Source of the DNA: a virus
Length of the DNA: 64,000 nucleotides
Direction: 5' to 3' (one strand)
Virus record (IMG/VR): IMGVR_UViG_3300025668_000798
Location: 1 to 64,000 of that record
Of this stretch, positions 39,139-51,700 are shown piece by piece. A model generated the notes under the pieces. It saw nothing but the letters and a program-made list of their open reading frames with translations, had not been told where the DNA came from and searched no databases. The position numbers and the translations under genes are program-made. Position 1 is the stretch's first letter; every line of letters starts with the position of its first letter.

Positions 39139-39743
39139 TACGAATTACCTCCGCTTAGACTTTGTATTCTTACAGTATAATCAATTTGTATTAATCTATT
39201 CAAAGACTTTTGCACAGGATGGAAAATAACATGGGTAAGCAATCGTCCATTTCCATCTGCGGCATAACTACGTAAACCTAATTCGTCAAAAACAAATTGA
39301 TTTTCTGAATCACCACTAGTATCAAATGCATCTTGTCCGTTTGGTTCACTATAATCAAGTAAACAATTTACAAACAGATCTGTGTAATTCTGTCCACTTA
39401 CATGACGAATTTCCATTTTATTTCTTGTAGGATCAGTGTTGTTAACACTTCTATCATCTACAACTTTGCTGTATGTTTGATTATACAAACTTGCAGTTGT
39501 TCCTGTACTATTTGGTGTTAAATATGTAATAACACCTGTAGGATCTACACTTGTGCCACCATTACCAAAGCTCATTTCATAAACAAAGCCAGTGCCTTGA
39601 TTACCTAAACTTTCTGCTAGTGCAATACTCATATTTTCGTAATGTATTGCATTTCTTTTGTTAATTAAAACTTCTCCATTCGTAGGGTCATGTATTTTTA
39701 TATGCCCTTGAATATTAAGTTTATTTGAGTCGTTGTATTGCAT
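39138..39743 (-). CDS. Baseplate/tail-fibre attachment structural protein (putative)
   Basis: Lies between the giant wedge protein and the fibres; FDELGL...LLTHVIFHPVQKS..R...IDYTVRI. Confidence 0.55.
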   Translation of the reverse strand: MQYNDSNKLNIQGHIKIHDPTNGEVLINKRNAIHYENMSIALAESLGNQGTGFVYEMSFGNGGTSVDPTGVITYLTPNSTGTTASLYNQTYSKVVDDRSVNNTDPTRNKMEIRHVSGQNYTDLFVNCLLDYSEPNGQDAFDTSGDSENQFVFDELGLRSYAADGNGRLLTHVIFHPVQKSLNRLIQIDYTVRIQSLSGGNS

Positions 39744-39768
39744 TTGCTTACCTTTACTTATACTGTAT

Positions 39769-42700
39769 TTATTTGCTTAACTTAATTGTTCCTGCTCTTA
39801 CAAATCTAGCAATTTTAGCATCGCTAATTGATAGATCGTCTGTCCAAAGTTTACCCTCTTTACGCTGAACTACAATTCTTACACCAGTTGGAGCATCGTC
39901 TCTTAATGTTATTGTATTGTCGTCTGGGTTTATAGTAAACTCTGGTAATTCTATTTCGTCTGCTTCTGGACTATCTTGATCAATAGTTTTATTGAACACT
40001 TTGAAATCTTGTGTAGCTGGTTTTCTAAGTTTTTTGCCGCCTACTACAACTTCAATTTCGTTGTATGATGTAATATCAAAGTCCATAGTATATATGTTTG
40101 TACTACCGTCTGATACAAATATTTGTGTCAAGTCTTTGTCTGCGTAAGGAATAGTTTCTCTTTCACCTTGTTCCATTAAAATAGTACCAGCAGGGTATTG
40201 AGATTTTACACCTGTTCCTAATGTACCTCTGCGTATTTGTCTCAACAAATTGCCTTCAAGCACATAATACTCGATGCGTTCTCCTTCTATAAACACAACA
40301 CCAGGTTTACCTGTTGTTCTGTTAGGAATAGGAAGGTTTGTTGTATCTTCAACTGATATAAATTGATCATAAAAGTTTAGAGGCTGACTTAATTTTACAA
40401 CAGATTTTTCATTTAATCTTTTGTAATGTACACGGTTTAACATATCTTTAAATATTCTGAAACCATATTTTGTTGTTGTTAGTGTTGCTGCAAATTGTAT
40501 GATTTCAATAATTTCATTATCATTTGGTTTTTTAAACAAATTAACAATAGAATTATCACTTACTAATTCATAATCTATACTTGGTCTTAATAATTTATTA
40601 TTTTGTATTACCCAAACATAATTTACACCAGCAGCAGGTTGATTTAGTTTTATTCTACCATTGGTTAATGAAATTGCTGTAGGGTATTCTGGACTACTTG
40701 AACTTATTACAGGAGAATATAGTACTTCAAAACTCAACCTATCAAAGTTGTTAACGTCATGCTCACTAAAGGTTATAATTTCAACCTTTTCGTTTACAGC
40801 TGGAACTGTTTTAAATGTTAAATTTTCACTTTCAACAAAACGTACATTATCTATTCTTATTGCTGCCGGATATGCTTCGTCTTTAACACCTGTTAGTTGT
40901 AAAGGCACATCGTTTTCTGATGCTTTGACTTTTAATTCTTTAAAGTATCCATTTAATGTTAGTGTAACACCTGTATCTGTTTCAACTGAAGATTTTACAG
41001 TTGCAAATATTTGAGTACTGTCTTCCATTACAAAAGATATTAAATCACCTTCGTCGTGCAGTAACCCTTGCTTAGTACTGTCTTCCATATCAGTTAGATC
41101 AACTACAGTATCAATGAAATAGTATTCACCGTTACCTAAAACATATATTTCTAAAACATCACCTACTTTGCCTAACAAAGGATTTAAAAATTCAATTCTA
41201 CTGTTTATTGCATCCCATCTATAATCAACAGCATCAATAATAATTTTATTGTTTAATAAAACTAATACATCGTCATTTGAAATTTTTGTAGGTTGTCCAA
41301 ACTGCCAAGTTTGTATACCATAAACTCTGTCATTTGTTAAAACATGTCTTATGTTATAACCTGCATTTAAAAATTTATCACCTTGCTTGACTAACATTTT
41401 ATGAGTAAATGGTTTTTCAGTAAATGGCGTATTATTATTAAATTTGTACACGTAATTTACACCATCGCCGATAAACGATTTGTCAACTGTAATTTCACTA
41501 AACGATTTAGTGTCATTATTATATAAACTAAATCCAATAACTTCGCCAACTCTAGGTGGTATACCAAATCTTATAGCAGCACATTTTTCGTTTTTATATG
41601 TAGCATCAGTTTCAAAAATTTCATAAGCAAAACTAGGCTGTTGCACTACACCATTAATAGTTACAAAACTACTAATTGGGTTAGTATATTTTACACCTGT
41701 TACAAAAATACTAGTAGCACCGTCGCCAATAAATGTATCACTTTCTAAAATATCAGTACCGTTATTACCAATAACTAATATATGTAAATCCATATCATCT
41801 TGTATAGTGCTGTCATCTTCAAAAATTAACAAATTATTTTCATAATCTATTGTATAGCTTTCGTCATCAACCTTTTGTCCATTTATATTTACAATAACAG
41901 CTTGTTGACTTTGAGGAAGCATATCTATTGAATATGATAATATAGAACTTTTTGTTTTATAAATGTAACTTGTTTTGATTCCTTGACCGTCTGCAGGTTT
42001 ATGTTTAACTTGTATATCTAATGTATCTACAATTTGTCCAGGAACAACTTCTTCAGGACCTGCACTTGTAGTCTGTGTAACAAATCCATCGCCATCGACA
42101 GTAATTTCTCCACTCTCTAAACCTTTTGCAGTATTATCGTATCCGCCGCCACTCAGTTCTGTGTCAAGCACATTATCAGCTGGCTCAAAACTACCATCGC
42201 TAGTTTCTTTTCTTACAATAAAAATATCGCCTGCTGCTGTAGGAACAGTATCATCTATAGGAATTGTATCTTGAATCCCATCACCATATATTGTGTTCAT
42301 TAACGCATTTTTGTTGATTATTACACTGCTGCCATCAAAATTAGGATCGTCAATACGTACATTATTTTTATATATGTTGTAAGAAACACCGTCTTCTAAT
42401 GGCTTACTTAATGTGAATACCAATGTACTACCATCAAGAACAAATATTTCATCTTCGCTTTCGCTAAAGATATCCCAAGGAATAATACCAAAGCCACCAA
42501 CGTCGAACCCTTGATCAGTTGAAAAATCAACACTTTCAATGTTAACACCTTCGTAATCAAGTCCGGTCATTAACTGTCCTAAATTAATAGTTCCATCTTC
42601 GTTTTTAGTAATACCTGGCATGCCTTCTTTTGGATTATAAAAAGCATTTATTCTGTCTGCTGCGGAAAGCATTGCAGGATCTTTGTAATATGTAATTTCA

Positions 42701-45700
42701 ATAGTTGCATTATTAGCAGGAGCAGTTTCAAATAAAAGGTTGCCTAAATTTCTGCTATAAGTTTTTGTAGTATCTTCAACATTACTTAAAGTATAATTAG
42801 TGTATAGAACATTGTTGCCATCTACAGTTACGTTTACTCTTGATTTACGTAAATCTAGTGGCCATTTAGTGTTGAAAGATTTTTTTGCACCTGTTCCAGT
42901 AAATGTTTCTACAGTTTTTAAATCTGTAAACACAAAATTTCCCGACACTCTATCAAACTTCATTGTCATATGAGTTGATCGTACAGGACTATCGCCTAAT
43001 ATTGCTATTACTACTGGTAATTTGTAATCATCAGCAAAACTTCCATTTATAGTTATAGTAGGTTGTGAAGTATATACTGCTTCGTTATATGCAATATCAA
43101 TTGATGTTAACTTATCTCCTGTTCTATAACCTTTGCCTGTTAGTGTAGGACCATTGCCTCCAGATACAGTAACAACAGGTTGATTTAATAACCCATATCC
43201 AGCGTCATGTATTACCAATTCTTTGATTTTAAATTTATAATTATCTAACCAATTCTTTTGAGGATATGTGTTTACAAACTCTCTATTGCCTACAACATTT
43301 GAATTGTAAAACTTTATTGTTTCTGTAACAATTTTATTTTGTATATCGTCATATCGAGGAGGCAAATCAAAGTCAGTTGTTAGTGTTTGAGAATTTTCTA
43401 AATTCTCATATGCACTAATGTACTCTCTGATTTTACTACTGTAAGGCTTGACTTCATTTATAAACTCTTTGTAACTATCTAAATTATCTGATTTAAAATT
43501 AGTTCGCTGATCAAACATACCGATATTATGCTTTGCTGTTAGGAAACTTGTTTTGAAAATCCAATCAACTGTCTGCTGCTCATACAGCGCATATCTTATA
43601 GCAGTAAATAATATATCATTAAATTTTATACTTAAATCGTCAATAAAAACTTTATCTTTAAGTGTTTGTAAAATAATACGTCTTTCATTTACTGGCTCAG
43701 TGTCGTAAACTAAATTATCAAATCCTACCTTATCGAATCCAAAATTAGTGTTTTGATATAATTTAGAACTAAATTGGATAGTGCCGTTTTGTCTACCGAC
43801 TGTTTTATAATTTACAGTATAATCTACTTCTGTCTGCACATCAATTTTTTGTAGTAACAACCAGCCGCCTGTGCCAATGTCTTTTATTTTTACAACATCG
43901 CCTATAATATCATTAAGCCCATCTAATTGATAACTTCCATCAATTAAATAATTTATAGAAGTATTTTCATCATAGCCAGTTGCATACCAATCGGCATAAT
44001 TCCAAAAGTTTGCAACATTCCATTTTTGATATTGTACTCTATTATAATTTAATGAATAATCATATTCGTATAAAGCCCACTTACCATTTATTGTTGAATC
44101 ATTAGTGACAAGGAAAGTAAATGGACGTACTGAAACATTTATACTCGAATAGTTCTTGCCTGTATTAATAATTGTTGCACCGATGACTCTTCCAAGATTG
44201 TCTATTGTTGTTTGAATTTCAGCTTCTGTGCCATTGCCTGTGATAATAACTTTTGGTGCAGATTTATATCCATACCCTTGTTCGTCTATAGACACACTTA
44301 CTAATTTACCATCTAGTAATGTAGGAGTTATAACTGCTAATTTTGCATTAGCAACACCTATATTTGCAATTTCGTCAAGTGTAGCAACTTCAACATCAAA
44401 AATACCTTCTAATAATCTAGGCTTGATATCATTCTTATCTAGGTCTTTGAGATCTTTAAAATCTGTAATTATTTGTTGACGCAAAATATAGTTGATACGT
44501 TCTATGGTTTGTTTTAGTGCTTCTAAGCTATTTCTAAATAATCCTTGTCTTGGACGATTTTCAATACCGTACTTTTTACTTTCTCCTAATTCTAAATCAG
44601 GAACAGGTCTTAAGTTTTTATCATATCCAACTAAACTATCAATCCATTTTTCAATAAATGTGTCTGGAGGATTACTTCCTGCAAGTCCTTCGCTTAACAA
44701 TTTATATTCAGTATGAATATTTCTATCGTTGATTTCACCTTTATATACATCAATATGTAATGCAATATCTTTGTCCTTAACAAAAGGTTGTACATTATGC
44801 AAAGCAAATTTATCAGTACTCAATGCACTCATAAACACATACCCAGCACTTTGAGGATCTGTAATCAGTTGTTCTGCATCATATGAACTTATTTTTTTAT
44901 TTGTGTTTGATAGTAATCTATTGTTTTGTACCCAGAAATAATATTTGGTGTTAAATGTTTCTGTTACTGCATTATATTTTCTACCTACACTATATTTAAA
45001 ATCTCCATATTTACTAAAACCGCTTATACCTAATTCGATTCCTTCGTTTGTATCTGCTAATTCATCATATTCGCTAGGTATATAATCACTTTCTACCCAT
45101 TCATAAACTTGGGTATCACTATCAGGTAATAATTTATTCCAAAAACTAGTTTGTGTTTCTGCATTACCTTGAAAAGGATTATACCATTTTGTTGATTCTG
45201 TGTTCCACCAGTATGTTCCTACATATTCATTTGCCCAAAAATCTTGGTTATTTGATGTTGTAGTGTCAACACTATAAGAAGCAGGATCAAATGCTAATTT
45301 TAAATCAATTGCTTCATCAGCTACTCCTGCAATTTTTCCTTGTATAGGATCTATTACATCTAAGAAAGTAACAATATCATTTGTATTTTTGTCAAACAAG
45401 AAAGCACGTTTAATTTTACTAATATCAGGCGTATCAATTTGCTCAGATAATTTTGTCCAACTATAATTTTGCTTGTCTCTTTTAATATCTAATACTACAC
45501 CATAATCAGCTGTGTATTCTAATCTTGGATAGCTAATATAAATGTGATTTGCATTTGTAAGTAACACTGGAGTACTACTATTTTTTGTATCATAATTCCA
45601 ATCCAATTCTTCAGCATACAAATAATTGTTGTTGAAATTTTGGAAAATATACACTGTTCCTGCATTTGGAAATTTATTAAAAAACTTAGTTGTGTTACTA

Positions 45701-48700
45701 TCAAACGATGTATCATTGTTGCGAACAATTGTTTGGTCAAACAATGTTGGTACAAATCTACTACCATTTGCACTTGCAATTATAAGATTTTCTTCGCTAA
45801 AGTTTAAACTAATTCCAAATAATTCACCTGGTTCGCCTGTAGGAGGATATAATGTTTGATTTAAACCATACTCGTTGCCTGTATATCTGTATACAAAGAC
45901 CGCTCCGTTATTTGTTCCTGTGTCATCATTTCTAATAGCATTAATAGCAATTGCATTACCATTTGCACTTACAGCAACTTCACTTCCAAACTCTTGTGCT
46001 AAATTTGCTGTTTCAATTGTTTCATAGTATGCATATCTATTATTAACTCTTCTGTACACACTTACTACATTTGTGTTAAGTGTATCTTCGCCATTTACAA
46101 CTAAGACCTCTCCGTTAACACTTACATCAAAACTAGTTGCAATTTTTTGTCCACCAGCAACACCTAAATTGTCGCTTTCGTCGTTGAGTAGTTCGTTTTG
46201 TGGAGGTATATAACCTTTGTGGTCAACATACTGATCTAGTAATTCCCAATTAGTTTCGCTAAATGACTGTGCTGGAAGATCTTTGTTAGCACGCCATAAA
46301 TGACGATTGCCGTCTGCTCCGCCTGTTGTATTATACCATACAATTTCGCCTTGAATGTAATTTTCAGTTGGATTGAATGTTCCTCTGTAATTATCATCTC
46401 TACTATATTTCCAACTTCCATCAGTTGTGTCATTATCAAAAAAGTAGATTCTTCCTTCGGCTTCATTACTTGCAATGTAGAGTCTTAACACACCGTCAAT
46501 ATCTTTTCTACATTTTACTATTCTACCAAAATTGTCATCTGATACCGGCTCTGGGCTTAGAATAGTGGTTACTAATTCGTATTCATTTCCAACATCTTCT
46601 TTTTTATACACACAAACAGCACCTAGTATACTGCCAGTTAAACTTCCATCAGGATCAACATCAATTAAATTTGCACGTTCCCAATCTTGGCTCATTTTAT
46701 TAATAGTGCTTACATCGCTACCATCAACATCAACTTTTGCTCTCCACAATGTTCCTCTGTCGTTTACTATTTCACCTGCGCTATAACTTGTACCAGGTAA
46801 TATATTACCTTTATAACGTGTACGCAAGTTTGCAGCATTAGGAGCGCCTACGAATAAAAAATCACCGCTTGGAGATAATGCAACGCTGGCTCCGAATTGG
46901 CTGTTGGTTCCAACTACACTAGTGTCGGCTTGATAGTTTTCAGGAGAACTAAAGTCGCCGCCGTCTCCGATACGAGTATATACTATTACTCTGCCGTTTG
47001 TATTTGGATCGCCTACTGCTAATTTTGTGTTTGTTTGATTTACTGCTAACGAATCACCAAAATTAGTTACAAGTCCAGTTTGTGGATTGACTACTATGTC
47101 TTCAACATCATACACAGGTTTATTTTCTAACACAGCCCATTTGTTGTTGCCTATGTCATCTATCCATGCTTTGTTACCAACTTGCACATCTGTGTTTCTT
47201 AAAATTGTATTGTAGTCATCAAGATTTGTAAATCTACGTGGTGCTACTTGAATTACAATCCCAGCACTACTGTCAGATAAATCTATATCTTCTGTAATAT
47301 TTTCTTCAGTATAAAATTCTAATTCTTTATAACCTGTATAAATTACTTGTCTAAATCCATCTAACTCATCGTTAATATTTGTCAATCCAATAATATCACC
47401 ACTTTTTAGGTTGTGGTTGCTATCTAAACTGACTTTAAATCCAGTTAATGTTTTTGTAATGCGTTCAACTTGATAATTTGTTTTCTTAAATTCGTATACA
47501 TTCCAAGACAGCTTATCATTCGTTACCCAAACGTACTGCCCTTGTTTGACTAAATTAATATCAAATCCTAAAAGTTGATCTACTCCACTTGTAATAAAAT
47601 CGATTTGTGCAGGAGCAACATACCCAGCTGTTTTTGTAACTTCTTCATATTCAGCAAATGGAAATAATTTGTTATTATAATTTGCAGGTTTAATGTTTAT
47701 ATCAGATCTTGGAACTTGATATATAAAATCAGATCTAGTTTTGTCTACACTAGATACAAGTTCAAAAGGCTGAGGAGTAAGTTTATATTTTGATTCATCT
47801 ATAGTAATTTCAAATTCTTCAAAACTATCTGTGGCGCCGTATTGACCTGCTCTAATAGCCCATTCTTCAAAAAATTCAATACTGTCTTTACCAGACGAAC
47901 TAAGTTTATCAAACAATTTTGTAAGGACATTTTTAGTTCCTTTATCTTGTATCATTCCTTGATAAAATTTATATTGACTTATTTCATCATTTATTATATT
48001 TTTAAGGTATTCACGCTTTTGATAACCAATAAGATGCTGTGCTAGTCTTTGTTGTTCAGTATCGAAATTATCTGTGTCTAAATCATAAAAATCAGCAAAT
48101 TGAGAAGCTCTGTAATCAAAGTTTGGAATTAATTGATTCTTTGGAGTCTCTGTTAATACTGTCCAATTTGTTTGATCAAAAAATTCTCCACTAGTATGGC
48201 TTAGTGTTGCTGTGTAGTATTTGTCTTTGTAAGCAATTACATCGCCGATAATGTAATCAGAAAAACTCTTCCATTTAGTTGCTTTAGGTTCGTCAAATAC
48301 AAACCCTGGAATGTTAAGTGTACCTGACCAATCAGCTGTCCTGTATCCTATTACTTTTAATCTTTCTTGTCTATACCCACTTGTTTCATTATAAATGGTA
48401 TCTGCAAAAACAGTATCATTATCAATAACAATACAATGTTCTTTTTGAACTAGGAACAATCTAACAAAATATACACCAGTGCCTTCGTCATTACTTGCTA
48501 GGCTAAATGTGTTATCTGTTTCACGCACTAAATTTACAAAATCCGTTTTGAACAATTTTCCATCTTGATCTAAAATTTCATAATTGAATATGCTATCATA
48601 TAAATTGTCTGGTAAGTAAAAATCACGTTTGAATACAATTTTGTTTGCACTAGGCGATAAACTAATTACACTTTGATCTCCCCAGTTTTGCGTAGTCCAA

Positions 48701-51700
48701 AACAAGAACTCTTTTGCAGCTAATCTAAAGTTTTCAACTATACCATATTTTGCATTATTATAATCAAATCTAAATCCAAGATCTTGTAGTGCTTTATCGT
48801 ACCCTAACAAAAAGTCTATTACATCTTGATATCTAGGTAAAACAGTTCCGTATTGCAAATAAGAAACAGAGGCAGAGAATCTTTTACTAAACCTACCTGC
48901 TCGTCCGCCGACTGTAGGCAACTCTGCAAGTTCTGAAAATTTAGCACTCTCAAACTCGTCAACACTAGTATGTGTTTCGTTTACTCTGTAAAACTTTTGC
49001 GAATATCTTACAATGCCACCTGCCACGTATAATTTTTCAGCTGCCCATTCTGCAAACTCTTCACTTATTCCGCCTACAGTTATAAACGGATCGTTTGCAC
49101 TTTCTATTACTTTATTGTATGTAAATTTAGGATTATTTCTATCGTATCCGTTTATTTTATATCCTGTAGAAACCTTTTCAATTACAACGCCGCTGTATGT
49201 AACAACATCAATTGGAGAACTAGTCTTTAGGAACAAATTATAATTTTCTTGCGGAGTAAAGATATCTCCTGAACTATTAGGTGTTTTACTATCTAAAACT
49301 AAATTTACTTTTTCTTTATCACTAAATCCTGCCAATCTAAAACTTAAATTATAACGTAAATTTGCAATATTATTTTTATAATCATCAAAAGACATATTGT
49401 TGTATTTGATATAATCTTTTACATAATTTAACAATCCTGCACTAGGATTTACAAAATCTATTTCTTTTGCTGATATAGCATTCTTATGATTGTATATTAA
49501 GTTACCAGATAAACTTCTAGAAATTTTTGAATAGTCGTATGCATAACCAAATACTTTTGCAGGTTTTAAAAGCAATAATGCATTCAATAAGCTAAACGGA
49601 TATTCACTACTTCTACGCCAGGCAGTTTCAGCAGGTCCTTGATCGCCGAATTCAAATGTGTATCCTTCTTGGCTTGAAAAACTAAAGTCTTTTGAAAATC
49701 CAGTTTCAAACGGACTTCTAATTCTTCCATTTTCGTCAGTTGGTATTTGGCTAGTTAAATTTGGTCTTGCAAATCTAATATCTTTTCTTATTAATTTGCC
49801 TGGCTCTCTAATGATTCCAGCTTCTAAATCTTTCCATAATGGTATATTATTGCTAGTATAAGGAGCAGGACCGTAAACAGTTTCCCACCAGCTAGGCTGA
49901 ATCGAAAATCCTAACATTTTCCATGGTGTTAAATTTGGTGTATCGGTGTCGTAGGCATTATTGTAAACTGCACGCCAGAATCCTTCTAATTGCTTACCAC
50001 TAATATCACTTGTATTTCTATAATTATAACTGAAACTGTCACTTATGTCAATATTTTTATTTTCATTAAAATCATAAACTTGTGCAACATTAGTCCAATT
50101 AATAAAATCAGCTATCATTATATTTTCAATATCATTACGAGCTAATCCTGTAGATCTAAATCTACCAGGAATGTAATCAAATATATCAAATAATTCAGCA
50201 TTATATCTAGTTTTTACATTGTTAAAAATACGTTTTTCTAATTCAATTAAGAGGTCGTCGCGGAAGTCGTTAAATGCTACTGTTCTGCTTCCGTCATGTC
50301 CTTGGATAACTTTAGTAGGTGTACTAAATGTATTATCGAGTATAATTTGCGGTTCGTATAAAGGATACAATCCTAACTTACTTGGCGTTGGAGGAACAAA
50401 ACAACCATCTGTTGTTTCAAATTCATGTATATGAATTATATCATCATTTTCAACACCTGGAATATTTACAAATCCTTCATCGGTAAACATATAATCTTTT
50501 ATATATGTTAGCTGGACATTATTGTTATAAACTAAAACTGCTTTATGATTTAATTTGTTTAGATTAAATGCTGTAGTCAAAGGAAAATAAGGGTTTCCGG
50601 AATCTAATACAGTATACTCAATAATGTTTTTTGCACCAAACGGAACAACATCACTATCATAGTATGCATCTAATCTAGTTTTACTTGTAGCAAATTGCGC
50701 TAATAAATAATCAACATGTTTTTCTACAGTGTTGTTATAGCCGTCATATGTTGCAAGTCTTAAAAATTCTCTTTTAAATTTACTGTATTCTTGTAATGCA
50801 AGTTTTATAGAGTTTACTATATTATGTTCTTTAGAAGTGAAATGATATAAAGGCAAACCTATAGGGCCTGCATGTGTTACAAATCTATCTCCGTATATTT
50901 CAATATTACCCTTATCACGCAGATTTCCTACACCAGGATGTATGCCTTCAAAATTTTCTATATTTTCTACAATAGTTTGCACATGATCGTTTACTTCGCC
51001 TATTGTGAATTCTTTTACATCAAGGTTATTTGGATTACGTTCTAGATTGTATGCAGTTTCATAATATGCATTATCGTTTTTATCAGCACTAGTATAACAC
51101 TTAATAATTATTCTATCATCAGGTTCAATTGGAGTTGTTAGTGTTACTAGTACGTTTTCAGTAAGTGTTGCACCTAAGGTATAATCTATACCTTCTTTTA
51201 AAAACTTTCTATTTGTAAATATTTTTAATTTTAAGTCTGAGAGTGTGTTACTTTTTGTAAAACAATCTATTTCAAAATTATTTGTTTGATTTGCTCCTTG
51301 CACATCAATGATTACAGCCTGCCTACTTTTTGTATAATGCTTTTTCCAAGCATTTTCGTATAAGGTTTCTTTATCATAACTATCGGTAATTTTCACAAAA
51401 CCTTGACTAGCAAGTAAATCTATATTTTCCTCGTCTTGAATGTAGCTATCTTTTTGAGCTAACAAATCAAACTCAAATACAATATCGCCTACGTTATCTA
51501 TATTTTTATATGTTACAGGAAATCCTAATTCACTATCAAGTGCTCCTGTGCCTTCTTTGTAAGCAAAAATCTTATTGCCTGTAAACGTAGTGCTTTCGTA
51601 ATACGTTGTATTACTATAACTTGTTTCTGTTTTATCAAATATATCAAATACAGGTGTTTGATTTACTGAAGTTTTTTCTTGTGCTTTTTTCCATTTAGTA